Positions 11,751 through 26,146 of a stretch of DNA of 64,000 bases are shown in pieces (position 1 is the first letter of the stretch; each line of letters begins with the position of its first letter). The notes under the pieces are model-generated. The model had not been told where the DNA came from. It saw only the letters and a program-made list of their open reading frames with translations, and did not search any database. Position numbers and translations under genes: made by a program. This DNA comes from Eledone cirrhosa (taxonomy: Eukaryota). The DNA is taken from positions 65,906,001 through 65,970,000 of the forward strand of contig OZ024742.1 of assembly GCA_964016885.1 (NCBI GenBank), read 5' to 3'.

Positions 11751-12414
11751 ATGTTATGTAATAATAATTAATAATATCATTGTTTGTCCAGACAACACGA
11801 ACCAGTCAGACAAACTGACAAACAACAACAACTGGCTAATAAGAAATTATTAAAAAAGTACGAATAAAGACAAGAAATGTAAAAGAAACAATGATACACT
11901 ACAACAACAGCATTATATTTTTATTTTTATAGTTTCACTTTAATGGAAAAAAAAACCCTGTTTGGCTTGAATCTAAGATTTTCTGTCTCTTTATATGTGC
12001 ACATCTTTATTTCTTTTGTTGTGGTTTTCTGGCAAAAACCTAAAAACCTCTGATTTCCGTTATGTATTAGAATGAAGGGAGAGTGATTGTAAATATATCT
12101 TCAGTTATAGATTACGTCCCCACCCCACTTGATTGCACGTAACCTCCCTCTCTTTCTCTCTCCCCACATACTTACATACACGCATAAATACACACACACA
12201 CACACGCACACACGCGCGCACACACTAATATATATATATATGAAGTAATATAAGAGAATTCGATGCTAATTTGCAGTTTAATAAACACGTTTTTTTATAT
12301 TGATATCTAGATATTCAGTCGTTAAGATTCAGAGATTATTTTCAGACTTAGTTGTATCTTCACATAAAGTGGGCCAAGCCACTACATTTCTCTTTTATGT
12401 AAGGATAAAAGACA

Positions 12415-12696
12415 AATATTCCATATCTCCTTGTGGAGTCGTAGAGGCGCCGTCATACAGCGTGTCTAGGGCACCTTTTTAAACCTGGCGGAGCCCAACC
12501 CTCTCCAGGCATGGACACAGCCGATTTTTCTATTGAGGAAGGAACAGTCCCGGTCCCGGACTGGTACCTTTTTTTTTATCCGAACTCGAAAGGATAAAAG
12601 GCAAAGTTGACCACGGCGGGATTTGAACTCATGAGGCGGGACGAATGTCGTAAAGCATTCTTTCCAACGTCTTAATGACTCCGCCTATTCACCACC
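12415..12696 (-). mobile_element. Older tRNA-derived SINE variant with a longer 3' region
   Basis: Shares GAGTTCAAATCCCGCC...GCCTTT(T)ATCCTT core with 12718-12902. Confidence 0.6.
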
Positions 12697-12717
12697 ATGT
12701 ATTGATTCTTAAATAAT

Positions 12718-12902
12718 TGTTTCTACTTTAGGCACAAGGCCAGCAAATACCCAGTGCATTACTGGTACTTTAATTTATCGACCCCGTAAGGATGAAAGGG
12801 AAAGTCAACCTCGGCGGGATTTGAACTCAGATCGTAAAGGGACGTAACTATGCTGGAAAGCATGGCGTCCGACCCTCTACCGATACTGCCAATCCACCGC
12901 CC
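12718..12902 (-). mobile_element. tRNA-derived SINE (octopus-type, Meta-SINE-like core) with 17-bp TSD
   Basis: A-box TGGCAGTATCGG, B-box GAGTTCAAATCC, core CCTTTCATCCTTACGGGGTCGATAAA; ATTGATTCTTAAATAAT at 12701-12717 and 12903-12919. Confidence 0.9.
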
Positions 12903-13343
12903 ATTGATTCTTAAATAATGAAAGCAAACCCTTGCGCGTTGGTGGTACTTTATCGCATGTAATACGCGCGATCTCATTGCCTCAGTGTTTGTAGGTTTAC
13001 GTGCCTGTGAAAACGTCTTAATGTTTGGATTCATTTCAGAATACACAAGCTTCATTCTATGGTCACAGATAATAAAGCACAAAAAATTGATAATCTGTTT
13101 AATATTCGCATATGGAGTAAAGAGCATAACGAATTTCGCCTCTATGTATGACAGCTAGTTATTCTATTGAAATTTAATTGCATTATATAACTATTGAACT
13201 TAAAACACACCATTAAGAGTGGAATCTTTAGAGCTGATGGCGTATTTATAGGAAAAAATATAAATGGGGGACAAGTAGATAATATCTCATTTAAATAGGC
13301 ACAATTAATGAAACCTTCGACACATTTTCTTGGTAACCTAACT

Positions 13344-13395
13344 ATTATGCTTGTTCAAAGAGCTAGTTAGAGCTAGCTCTTTGAACAAGCATAAT
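13344..13395. repeat. Perfect 23-bp-arm hairpin
   Basis: ATTATGCTTGTTCAAAGAGCTAG-ttagag-CTAGCTCTTTGAACAAGCATAAT. Confidence 0.9.
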
Positions 13396-13435
13396 TGGAA
13401 AATCGCTTACGTTGAAACATAAATCCCACAGAGTA

Positions 13436-13486
<51 letters not shown>

Positions 13487-13490
<4 letters not shown>

Positions 13491-13728
13491 GCTTTCACCG
13501 TATTTTTGACTAAAGTAATTTTAGCCTGATAATGGGGTTTAGAACCCTCAGATAAATGGAAAAAAGATGAGTATTGACGTACATGTACGTCAATATTCAT
13601 CTTTTTCTATTTATCTTAGGATTCTAAACCCCATTATCAGGCTAAAATTTCTTTAGTAAAAAATACGGTGAAAGCTATTCTACTTTCTAATTTCAAACCT
13701 GCTCACTGTTTCAAAACATACTTACTTG
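13487..13728. mobile_element. (TA)n-embedded fold-back element: about 96-bp-arm spacerless palindrome plus about 50-bp tail
   Basis: 13487-13679 palindrome centred on GACGTACATGTACGTC; (TA)n on both sides. Confidence 0.8.
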
Positions 13729-13880
13729 ATATATATATATATATATATATCAAAAGAATAAAGAATAACATGGTCGGCTGTACAACAAAGCCGTACGTTA
13801 ACACTATCCTCGACACAGAGTACTCAGAAACTTTAGCTGGATTACCTTAACCGATACCTTGTTATCCTCTCTCTCTTTAT

Positions 13881-13960
13881 ATATAACGAAGGAAATGTGG
13901 TAAGGAACCAGATGGAGCATAACGCACCAAAGTACTCAATACTTAGGGTAGTAGAGTGGG
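13881..13960 (-). mobile_element. Tail-only fragment of hammerhead family F1
   Basis: Matches 22412-22490 (GTGGTAAGGAACCAGATGG...ACTTAGGGTAGTAGAGTGGG), TA-flanked. Confidence 0.8.
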
Positions 13961-13999
13961 TATATATATATATATATACAGGCTACATTGTCAATGTAG

Positions 14000-14560
14000 T
14001 TTTTATTACTAATTCATTAATTATAACTAATTTTCTGTTAATTCTGATTAACTAATTATTACTAATCTGCAAATTATTTTAGATAATGAATTTACATCAG
14101 CTTAATTTGTATCTATTTATTTAAGTAACTTATTATCCTAAATTTATAATTATTTAACTACCTTAAGATTCTTGATTAAATAATTTTGTCAAATGACTTA
14201 ACTTATGATTTGGCAAATCAATAAATTATTTTAGGATCTACATTAATTAACTAAATATTTTAGTCTATTTCTCATACTAATTTTTTAATTAAACCTTTTG
14301 CTAATTATTTATTTTATCATTAGGTATGATAAATGAAGCAATTATTTTATATCACTGGATAATTAGCTAATTATTTTTTATCACCTAATTTAATATATAT
14401 CTCTTGTTAAAAAAACTAATTAGTTTAGATATCTAGTTAATTAGCTAATTATTTTAGATTCTTTGTTAATTTATGTTTTTGGTCATTTAACTAAATTCCT
14501 TTTATCTCCTGTTAATTAACCAATTCATTAGATCACATAATAATTAACTAATACATTTTC
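14000..14560. repeat. Degenerate AT-rich minisatellite
   Basis: Recurrent TAATTA(A/G)CTAATTATTTT motif about every 30 bp. Confidence 0.6.
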
Positions 14561-14599
14561 AGGTTAAAAAAAGATGCTATTCCAAAATAGCAAAACTTC

Positions 14600-15125
14600 A
14601 CATTTTGAAGTAGAAGTCGGATATTTCTTTCATAAATCCCACTAGAAGACAGCCCCTCGCTCTCTAACTTCACAGCCCTTCTCAAATGGTACTTGAAGAA
14701 GTTGATGAGGGCTCAGCAGGAGAAAGAGATTCCTGTCCTTAATCCTTTTAGGAGTGTTCACCTTACAACTTATCTACCAAGGAAAGAAAGCCATGCCACA
14801 CCTCCCCACTAAAAGAAGTTCGTGGTTCAATTTTCACTGTTTCGTCCTCCTGTATGCATCTCCGAGGTATCCGGATGTTGGCACGTACGTTCCTGCAGAG
14901 CTTTTCTCGAAATGGAAGTGACCCTCTGTAGCACTGCCATGCCAAAGAAATTTGGAAATTGTCTATAATCCCCGTTCAAACTGTTCTCGTCCAGAGCCAG
15001 AGTCATTCCCAAGCAATCGTCACTCATATCTTCCCGTAGGCCTCAAAATAAAGCGAGTGTTGTTCTGGCTGACTATCGCGTTGTTTAGTTGATAAGATAC
15101 TGTGAACGGCTGGCAGCTTTCTACA
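14600..15125 (-). mobile_element. Old Tx1-like ORF2 3' remnant
   Basis: MAWQCYRGSLPFREKL...RCIQEDETV, homologous to the array copies. Confidence 0.75.
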
Positions 15126-15349
15126 TGCTAGAAACCATTAACAATACTAATAACAATAATAATGAAAGTTACGACAATGATAGGATATTGCAACTGGTCT
15201 CCTGACAACTTGAAACACTGCTGTATACAGTACAAGATATACGAAAGACTAGGCAAGAAATTTTGACTAGAAAAATGCGTCAAGGTCAGCCGGAAGAGAG
15301 GATATTTAGTTAAATCCACTAATACCACGCACTAGATAAGGCAACTGAG

Positions 15350-16355
15350 GTAACAACATTAGATGAAACAGAATTACATATAATTAGGAATTATTAGACA
15401 GGATTCAAAACACAAAGATGAAAGAAAATATTAGAAAGGAACATTATACACGAATAACATTACTACTTAATACACAACTAAATGAAAATACTATGTTAAT
15501 AGGAATCAATCTCTACAGGTCCCATTAATAAGCTAGTATTTCAAAACTCTGAAGTGGACGTTAAAAGAACTAGCAAGACTAGAGATAAAAACAAGAAAAA
15601 TAATGACTACATTCAGAATACACTGCGTAATCGGGTGTAGAAAGATTATACCTACCAAAACACATGGTTTGGTTTCATGCCAATATAACCATTGTGGGAC
15701 TACAAAAATAGGTAATGTAGAATGATGGAAAGTTAATACAAATAGCTACAAAACATGAACATAGAAAATATTGTTTGCTGTCATCAAAGAAGCCAATAAA
15801 TTCAAAATAGTACTCGAATTGACAGGTGAAAAAAACGAAACAACAGAAATGTGTAAAAATGATAAAATCGAAATTGATAACAAATCTTTCGAATACCTTG
15901 GAAAATAATTGCAAGAAAACCTTTACATGACTAATATTTGAAAAATGAATAGGGAGGAAATGGACAAGCAAAATTCACAGACCTAGCTAAGAAGTAGTGG
16001 ACTATACGCCGAGACTGAAGGATTGTTACGTGCAGTTCAAGATCAACGACTCCTCATATAATGAAGGAGAACTCATTAAGTAACTGAAGAATGTGTCGCT
16101 GGAGGTTAAAAGTCAACCATTTGTCTCTGGTTGCCCATTCTTAGCCAAAAAACGAATATATCCACAGATATGACAAAGTTGGAATTTACATACACTGAAG
16201 GTTATGGCATCACTATGAAATGCCAACAAAGTTTGGAACAGATATACACGAGAAAATATATCAAATAATGTGAAAGCAACCATGCTCTGGGATATGCCAT
16301 TATAGACAGTCAGGGTGATCAAAGCCAACCGAACATATATTTTAGTGAAAGATCA
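15350..16355 (+). mobile_element. Decayed R4/Dong-type RT-thumb to RLE remnant
   Basis: MKENIRKEHY, KTRKIMT, RLYLPK, GLYAETEGLLRAVQDQ, MLWDMP across frames. Confidence 0.7.
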
Positions 16356-16358
16356 CAA

Positions 16359-16510
16359 AATTGTTTCTACTTTTGTCACAAAGTCAGCAAATAATTCAGT
16401 GCATTACTGGTACTTTTTTTATCGACATTTGAACTCAGACTACAAAGGGCCGTAACTCTATGCTGCAAAGCATTGGCGTCCGACGCTCTACCGATTCTGC
16501 CAATCCACCT
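16359..16510 (-). mobile_element. tRNA-SINE copy, internally deleted
   Basis: Homology to 12718-12902. Confidence 0.8.
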
Positions 16511-17802
16511 CTATAATAATAGATACTCTGAGAATAATACAAAATGCAAACATATTACATAAAAACCCCAGAACTTACAAATATACACAGCATATAGAAC
16601 ATTGTACAACTAGATCCTGCTTGGATATTACAAATAGTATCCCAATACAATTGAAACAACACCAAACCAAACATCGTACATACCAAAGAAGAACAGGACT
16701 GTACTTAGTAATGGCGTGGTAATCAGCAATACAAATATCGGCTAATGATAATGATATACTATTACTAATCTTAACAGAAATTTTCTTTCTTTTTCAGGGT
16801 CTCTATGGATCTGGGGGAAATGTAGTACCTCTAACCTGATACATTCCAAAATTCCAGATTACCCCATAGTGCTTTTTCCGGATTTGATCGTAAGCTTGGT
16901 TAGATTTATCGCCTAACACTTCCGGATGAATCTATCGTAGTATATGTGAGCAGCCTATATCATCTGTATATCTGGAGAAACTTTTAATTGGTTTGTTTAG
17001 GCAATTAATAATAAGATCTCTCGAGATTTAAGTAAATACTCATGGGCCATATATCCAGTACTTCGATGGGACATAGTTCACAGTTTTACCGATCCTATCA
17101 TTGACCAGGTAAGATGGTATTAAATATCCTTCCCTTTCAAATACCGGAAGTTTCTGGAAATTTGGTAAAGATTGGCATTTTTAAATGAGAGGATGTTGGC
17201 GAAAAAACGATTCTTGAGCGAGCTTTGAACTATTTGAAGCTATGTATTTTTATAATCAGCAGTAGAGTTCCTTTTCAACTTTATGCATGAGTGTTTCCTG
17301 TCCCAACTCAGGCTTACGCTAACAAGATGTCACCAAAGAATTCTGGATTTAGTATTAAGTAACCACGGTAACTCCGTACATATTATAGTAGAAACACTCT
17401 CCTTTCCGACTAGAACATACCTGTCTGTTGACTGAGATTCCATCACCTAAAGGTAAATGCAAGCAGCTCGTTCAAGCCCACTCATTTAATAATATAGATC
17501 ACAATGAGATCAGTCATGATCTTTCGCTCGTTGACTGGTCTTCTCACACACATGCACATTCCCACCAACATTAGAATATTTTGGCAATTATTTTATCATA
17601 AATATATGTTCAATAGACACTTCATCACACTCCCTGAACAAAACTAAATGGATGCTCCCTAGTAATAGAAAATACTTTATTAGAAACATAATTTAATAAA
17701 TAACAACAACCTAAAATATTGGTAGCAGCAAAACGCCCATTAAACAGTTATATCGTTGCTCGAGTCAAAATCATGATTTTTAAATTGCGTCAAGACTATC
17801 AT

Positions 17803-17844
17803 CTGTGAACACCTGTGCACTTCAGAGTGTACAGGTGTTCACAG
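17803..17844. repeat. 19-bp-arm hairpin
   Basis: CTGTGAACACCTGTGCACT-tcag-AGTGTACAGGTGTTCACAG. Confidence 0.85.
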
Positions 17845-18099
17845 GTCTTCATCGTGCTGCTATACCACAAAACAAACCACGGGTTTACAGCCGCAGAAAA
17901 GTAAAACAGCGCAATGAAACTGGAGGCAGAAGGAAATGGAGCGAAGAAGATAATAAAATCCCAATGTAACATTCATGCAAAAGTGGGAGGAGCACGTGGT
18001 GTGGGTGAATGGGTACTTTAGCATTGGTAAAGGTTTAGAATGTTTGAAATCAGTGTGAACAATCTAACAGGACATAAGGAAGATTAGATGGAGGAATTG

Positions 18100-19000
18100 G
18101 CTTACCAAATTTGAATTACTGATCCTGGAAGTTGAAGCTCAAAGTATGAATTGTAATGCTGAATGTATCTTAGATCGCATCACTGTGGAAAGTGGGAAAC
18201 ATAGATATCATAATGAAAATGAATCAACCGCAGAATAATGAGCCTACCAAAATGTTGATAAGGGAAAATATGATAAGCTAGTAACCGTGGAGAGAGTGGA
18301 AAATCAAGTGACTGATGATGCGGGTATGGAAAGTTTGAATGAAAATGAAAAGGAAGAAAGGGGAAAAAACAAGATCTATCATCAAAAGATTGAGGGTTCT
18401 GTTTAATGATCCTGGATTCAATGACGTCACTGAATCCTCGGAATATAGGGTGAAGTCATTTAGCAACTGAAACAGCCAAAGTAATCCAGGCAATGGTGTA
18501 CATAGAAACGAATAGTATCACTGACTTGAGAAAGTATATTAACACTGCAGAATCTTTTGGGTGAGCAATTAGGTATTAAGCAAACTGAAACGAAGAAATG
18601 TAAGAAGGCTTGGTGGAAGATAAGATTGGAAGGTGATAGAGATAATTCCAATCGGGTTAGGCGCTATAAAAATAGACAAAAACAATACGAACAGAATAGG
18701 TTGCTGTCTGCAAATCAGAGATTGCTCTTTAGAAAATGGTGCAGAAGTAACATCTAATGCTGAAGGATCCTCATGATTTTGATCAAATCGATAGACAATT
18801 GCAAAAGATCATACCAAAGATGGGAGATGGATAAATGCAGATAGGCATAAGTTACTTAACGAGCTAAAAGAGATGGGAGAGAATTTCAAGGACGTTCACG
18901 GCCAAATGTCAAGCTGGAAATCTGATTGGCATGAGATCTAAGGATTCTGGTTGAAAGGATTTAAAAGTGTTTATTTACGGCTAAGAAAGCATAAATATGT
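18100..19000 (+). mobile_element. Decayed R4/Dong-type pre-RT remnant
   Basis: WWKIRLEG, RVRRYKNRQKQYEQNRLLSANQRLLF, SWKS...GFWLK. Confidence 0.65.
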
Positions 19001-19145
19001 GTGTAATGCATGAAGTTCCGCGGGCTTGTATATCTAGCATAAGAACATACATATGAATACGTATACTTAAATACATATATCACAACACACACACAGACAC
19101 AGACAGACTCTCACACAGACACACACACACAACCATTTGTATATA

Positions 19146-19208
19146 GTTTCGACAGCTAGATCCGAACTCTCCGGATCTAGCTGTCGAAACGGCCGGAGCT
19201 CAGCCGTT
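19146..19208 (+). mobile_element. F1 micro-copy: stem II hairpin plus 3' half of hammerhead
   Basis: GTTTCGACAGCTAGATCCG-7nt-CGGATCTAGCTGTCGAAAC then GGCCGGAGCTCAGCCGT, TA-flanked. Confidence 0.7.
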
Positions 19209-19717
19209 ATATATATATATATATATATATATATACGTACTCATTATAAAGTAAAGTCATTCAGCACATTTATATTCCTCTAAATTTAACTCATTATTTG
19301 ACAGAATATATCTGAGAAAAAAAAATTTCAAAACTGTATTACACTTCTAAATGTATTTATTTTTATTAAATTTCAACTTGTTCCCCGTCAGTACAAATAT
19401 AAATCGTGATGCAATATTAAAGCTGTAGAAATTGGTCTTGCACCTGATTATACACTTGATCAAATTAACATTGCCCGTAAGTCATATTTAGAACGACTTT
19501 AATTGAATAAACAGTAGTCTTAACATGTTCGCATGAAATAAAGATGAAATAAATTTTAAAATCTTAATAAAATTCACGTGCATATAATTTTTTTTTTTCT
19601 TTATACATCTTGATTTTAAATGTTGCGACAGATTAATATATAGGATTAAATTTACATAAATTTAAAATTGACCCTTCTATTTCTCTCTCTCTCTCTCTTT
19701 TTCTCTGCCTCTACAGA

Positions 19718-20020
<303 letters not shown>

Positions 20021-20176
20021 TATATGATATGTCAGAGAATCGCTACAACTCATTAATTAGAGCCCGCCAGCTATTGCTTTGTATGCAAATGAACTTCGTC
20101 AGTCGTTGTGCATAACCATAAAACCTATAAGGGTTTATCGAATTTTCATTTTCGCATCCAAGGGCTGACAGCCACT

Positions 20177-20210
20177 CTGACGATGGTTAAAGAACCAGAA
20201 ACGGTGCCAT
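20177..20210 (+). ncRNA. Partially decayed hammerhead
   Basis: CTGACGA-TGGTT-aaag-AACCA-GAAAC intact; stem III and stem I not recoverable. Confidence 0.45.
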
Positions 20211-20429
20211 ATTAAAAATATGGTAGAACCTGGTTGTATGATACCTGGCTCTTATTTTGAGCAGATCGAGGCATATAAATAAAGTCTCTATGTCTTGGAT
20301 TATTGACACACGCGTATTTTGGGCAGAGTTCAGAGTTATATTTATTAATTGGCTTTCTATTCGGCCAGAGCAAATTCTGTCACAATGTTTATCAAATATA
20401 TTTGACCCTTGTAAATAGTTCTTAAAACT

Positions 20430-20780
20430 TACAGCAATATTAACACCTCTGTATTACGATGCAGAGGACATACAGACATTGATGGATGCTGTTAGGTTTG
20501 CAGCCACAAAGTTTGTCTTCAATATTAACATCCAAATGATTGAAATTCTCTATCAGTTAAGTTCGGATTGAGTTACATGCTGAAATATGAACGTATCATC
20601 ATCAATGGACAGACACTGTTAGATGCCAGCCAGCTTGCCTATCTCAGTAGTACAATAGATAGTAACAAATGGGGCAGCTCGTCATTCAGAAGAGTGAGAG
20701 ACCATCTATGGGATAAAAATCAGGAGAAATGAAAAGTATAACAATCAAAAGTAAGTGTTATCCATCCTATTGTGCGTTTC
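20430..20780 (+). mobile_element. RTE-type RT/thumb remnant
   Basis: DIQTLMDAVRFAATKF...INGQTL...AYLSSTI...SSFRRVRDHLW. Confidence 0.55.
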
Positions 20781-20789
20781 CGATGTATA

Positions 20790-20930
20790 TACTGGTCTGG
20801 TATATTTTCATCGACCTCGAAAGAATCAAAAGCAAATGAAACCTGAACGTGTTTTGAACTTAGAGCGTAAAGGCCCGAAACGAATAGCGTAAACCATTCC
20901 GTCGTTATAACAACTCTGGCTATTCTCAGC
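20790..20930 (-). mobile_element. Old tRNA-SINE copy
   Basis: ATCGACCTCGAAAGAATCAAAAGCAAA...TTTGAACTTAGAGCGTAAAG. Confidence 0.6.
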
Positions 20931-22100
20931 CTGTGACTGTATGTATATACAATGGGTCAATGTCGACTATCGACGGAATGCCTATGTTGAAAATGAAGAC
21001 ATTATTGAAATCCAACTCGAAGTATTTTGCAGACGTATTTTGGCTTTTTAGTTTAATTCCTTATCGTAGTAGTTATTGCTATTGCGAGGTCAGATCTGAT
21101 TGAAAAACTGATGATCAAAAGTATTGTAGCCATGACCATTTTGGTCATGTGATTAAGGCAAGTGTATAAAGATCATGTTTATCCAATCTCATAAGATTAT
21201 GTAACGTTTCATGGAGATTATACAGATTTTTCTACAAGGTCAATCAACTATGTGGAATGTTGATCACTGGCTCCAGGGATTAAATCTTTTAAAGATAGCT
21301 TTGGAAACATTTTAATATCCAACTAAGTTCCACCATTAAGTCAATATTGGTTGCTACCTTAGTTCGATTAGGACATGCTGACATTTCTGCTGTTAAACCT
21401 ATGACTCATTCTTTGCCAGACAATACATAATCTGATCTTAGATATGCTTTTCAGGGAACAATGCAATACACCACGCGCGCACACACACACACACAGACAC
21501 ACACACACACACACACACTCTCTCTCTCTCTCACACACACACACATATATATATATATATCTATTGTATGTGAGAATATGTGTATGTGTGTGTGTATCAC
21601 TAAAAGACAAATAAAAAAATAGCGCGTATTCTTTGAGCAGCAACATCTGTACTGCCACCACAACCACCACAACCACAACAAACCACCACAACTAGCAACA
21701 ACATTAACAAAAATATTCATTTTAATGTGAAGAGTAAACGGATTATTTAACACAAGAAACAACAGCGCCCCCTTAACCACAATTATTTCAACCACTACAG
21801 CCATTAAAAATTCCCCACAACCACAAACTCCTTACACCACCAAATACACAACTACAAGACCAAAATACTTAAAACACTACGACCATTAAGCCCACTATTT
21901 CAACACTACCAGTACATAAAAGTCATAATCAAATCATGAACAAAATATTTCCAACAACCAAAACAAGTGAAATAGAAATGGTAATATATGAACAGTAAAT
22001 ATATATATAAAACGTAATACGAATAATAACATTTTCATATACACAAATAACACACAGACACATACACACTCACACATAGACACAAATAACCAGCCCTGTA

Positions 22101-22131
<31 letters not shown>

Positions 22132-22135
<4 letters not shown>

Positions 22136-22335
22136 ATAATAATAAATTTGAAGACTAAAATCCAAAGAGGGCTCGATAAGGATAAATATATATCAACTAT
22201 ATAAGAACCGTAGAGCAAATATTCATTAAAATAACATTAAATTTTAAGCAAAGAATCGCTGTTTCACCCTTAACGGTTAAGGGTGAAAGCACCGATTCTT
22301 TACTTAAACTTTAATCTGTTATTTTAATAAATAAA
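22132..22335 (-). mobile_element. Family F2 fold-back element in (TA)n
   Basis: About 90-bp tail shared with 56156 and 63126, plus palindrome 22220-22333 centred on TTTCACCCTTAAC-G-GTTAAGGGTGAAA. Confidence 0.8.
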
Positions 22336-22337
22336 TA

Positions 22338-22411
<74 letters not shown>

Positions 22412-22414
<3 letters not shown>

Positions 22415-22607
22415 ATGAAGGAATTGTGGTAAGGAACCAGATGGACCATAACGTACCAGAGTACTCAATACTTAGGGTAGTAGAGTGGGAAATAGGAAAA
22501 AGTATGACCCCAACGGCAGAGCTCAAGCCGTTTCGACGGTTATTTCTGGTCCAGATATAGCCGTCGAAACGGCTTGAGCTCTGCCGCCGGGGTCATACTT
22601 TTCCCCA

Positions 22608-22608
<1 letters not shown>
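22412..22608 (-). mobile_element. Family F1 fold-back element in (TA)n
   Basis: About 80-bp tail plus palindrome 22495-22604 whose arms carry GAAACGGC-loop-GCCG (hammerhead stem III). Confidence 0.8.
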
Positions 22609-22666
<58 letters not shown>

Positions 22667-22749
22667 CCCAACTATTCTCAGCCTGGTATGAAACCACTGG
22701 TCACTGTGAGGCATTGAACTTTCTGATTAACCACAATAAATCATTACTT

Positions 22750-22833
<84 letters not shown>

Positions 22834-23032
22834 ATGTATGTATTCATGCATACATACACATTATACACATTCTATTACGTTTTTCTCATTGTTGCTTAAT
22901 CCTTACGACTAAAATATATTTTAGAATGGTGTGGACTGTTGCCAACAGAACATCGCGGATTTGCCAGACACTACATTAACTTTACACTGGACTCATGTAC
23001 GGGCTTGCAAATGTGCGTGTGTGTGTAGTATA

Positions 23033-23139
<107 letters not shown>

Positions 23140-23224
23140 CACACTCATATATATAGATATACACGAAGATATTTCTTTTTTGCTAAAAACGTACACGCCG
23201 TAAGAAACGTTTAATGAATAAATC

Positions 23225-23275
<51 letters not shown>

Positions 23276-23281
23276 CACACA

Positions 23282-23315
<34 letters not shown>

Positions 23316-26084
23316 GTGTGTGCGTGTGTGTGTATCTGGTGTGTTTACATGCGTATTTGTGTGTATCTGTTTGAGATTATACGATAACGAATTACATTGT
23401 ACATACCATAGTTATATTAAATTAATTTTGACGGATATCCAAATTAGAAATGCTTACAGTAACGCCCTGATACACATACACTCACAGACAAACATACATT
23501 CATCCACGTACGTATTTGTGTATATTATCAATGAAGCTCACTCTTTTTTACACAGACAATCATACACAAAATATCGGTATTTAGCCAAGCAGACATCGGA
23601 ATCAAAGATAGCGAATATATATTAAATATGATGGAGTGAAATGAAGTGGGAGGGTTGGTTAAGGACGGTTGTTATGGCCATTGGTGTGTATGCTAGGGTG
23701 GTAAGTTATATAATGTGGTGTAGTTATTATCCTGGTGAGGTGGCTTTAGTGTTAGACATGTGCGAAAATAAACAATGGAAGGAGAATACAAACCAAACAA
23801 GAAATCATATAAGAAATGATGTATTTGATTGATTGAGTGAAAAATATGAATAGTATTGTCTGTTACGTCAACATTAAGCAATAATAATAGTAACAACGAC
23901 AGCAGTAATATCAGCAGCAGCAGCAGTCATATCTTCAATATCAACAACAGCAACAAGGACAACAATAACGGCAATATCATCAGTAATATTTAGTCACATG
24001 TGTAACAGTAACAACATACATAATAAAAGTACTAATGGCAATGACAACATTAGCAGGAGTAACAGAAACATCGTATTATGAAGATCAGTAACATCATTAT
24101 AAATAACGATAAAAATGGTAGTCAATAATATCCTCAATAGCAACAAGAACAATAGCAGTAACAACATTAACATGATTAAAACACCATCAAGAGTAACGGC
24201 TCCAGTAAAAATAACAGTAACAACACGTATAACAACAGTTACAATGACTAATAAGTCATAAGCAGCAACGTCAGAATGCAAAGTAACCTAATGCTTTATC
24301 AACCCACAAGAAATAGTACTCAAATCTCCTTCAACTCACAACAGTTCATCGTTAAAAATATGTCCAAAGATACTCTGAAAGGTTGGTTTTGGATGGAATG
24401 TACTGAAAATATTATATTTACGACTGGGTCCTATCTTAGGCTAAACAACAGCAACCACAAGAATATGAAATTCTTGACATTTCGTCATTAGATCGGCATT
24501 CCAGGCATAAACAATGTAGTATTTTGTAGAGGAATATGGTAGTCAATCATTTTCGGGTGTGGCTTCGCCATTTTGTTTTAAACTGTAAGTAGTGGTTTGA
24601 AGCCGATTTGGTAACACCAATATTCTCATTAGTTCCATATATACTAAACTAGGAGGATTATGAGATGCAACAGTTGCCGAGGCATGACTAGGTCCACCTT
24701 GACTCTTAAGTTAAAATGTTGGACGGTCATGTGAAATACAACAACGTTGTGTGTGTGCAGTGAGGTCCAAACCTAGACAGTGACGTGGAACATCTAACCC
24801 ACTGCATCAACTTTTGTCATTTGAACTACTAGCTACAACCCATACGTCTGTTGAACAGAACACAACTTAGACCTACACATGAAACATAATCAGTTAATCA
24901 TGCTACACACCTTACTATAAATAATTGAAAATCACATTAATCATTTATTAATGGCAAACTATATAGAAAGATTTGATAATATCCAACGTAAGAGTCTTAA
25001 AAATGTTTACCATTCCATATCGCCTTAAACAATGAAAAGATATAAATATTCAAGAATCGAATTTTAAATACAATATGGTTCAATAAAACATTATCCTTCC
25101 CTCTCCGTCTAGACAAATACAAATCACATATATACGCACAAACTAGCATCAACATTAATCACCTCATTAACTAGAAAACAGTGGTGAGACATAATAATGA
25201 TATATACAGCTTAACAACAGCAATTATCCGAATCTGACAAAGTCAATCTTGTCCACCCCACAGCCACCACAGGTGTTTCCATACTAATATCCATACGAAA
25301 AGCTACTTCAGGCTGAAGCAGCTTTCGACGGAATAATTGTATGTCTGGAGAAATAACCCTGTCTACATGTTAGAGGTCTGTTCAAACTGGCCTGTACCGG
25401 AACTAACCAATACTCACAATAGGCATACTTTAAACCATTGTCTGTTATTGTATGTAACACAGAACTCATTTAGATATAGATATGGTGTATCAGGAACTAT
25501 TTATCTGTTGATAATACCTAATTAAAAGACAGACATACTCCATAGTCCTGATGGAATGATTTGATTTCAATAAAATCTGTAACAAAAAAATAACAGCAAT
25601 AGCCACCATACCACCAAACACAGTAATTGTATTATTTAAAAACATATAATGAGAGAATGTAATATACTCAGATTACCACACTACATCTCATATATTAAAT
25701 GATAATAGTTGGATCAGCCATTACTATCCTGAACTCAGAAGAAATTTTGAAACACAAGTTTCATGTATCACATAGTAAATAAACTAAATGTTTATGTGTA
25801 ATAAGCTTGTTGGATAACAATTGAAATAGGGACTATATAGAACAATAATACACTTGGCTGTTGAGAGAATGTAAGATAACCGGTCTGTACATGTTGCTTC
25901 AAATATAATGTAGAATCTATATTTGAAAACACGAGAAAGTTCTAATACGAAGTTGAGAAACGAAAATACTCATGTTCTAACAATACATGTCTAAGGGGAG
26001 GTTGTTATACATATCTACACACATGCACGCACACACACACACACACGCACACACAAACACACACACACATACATATATATATAA

Positions 26085-26146
<62 letters not shown>

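Noticed and set aside
12718-12902. tRNA genes at SINE heads
   Set aside because: A and B boxes only, no cloverleaf; multiple copies with shared core and TSDs
24900-25950. Possible minus-strand PLE remnant and hairpin at about 25297-25327
   Set aside because: Motifs too decayed to support a call without a profile search
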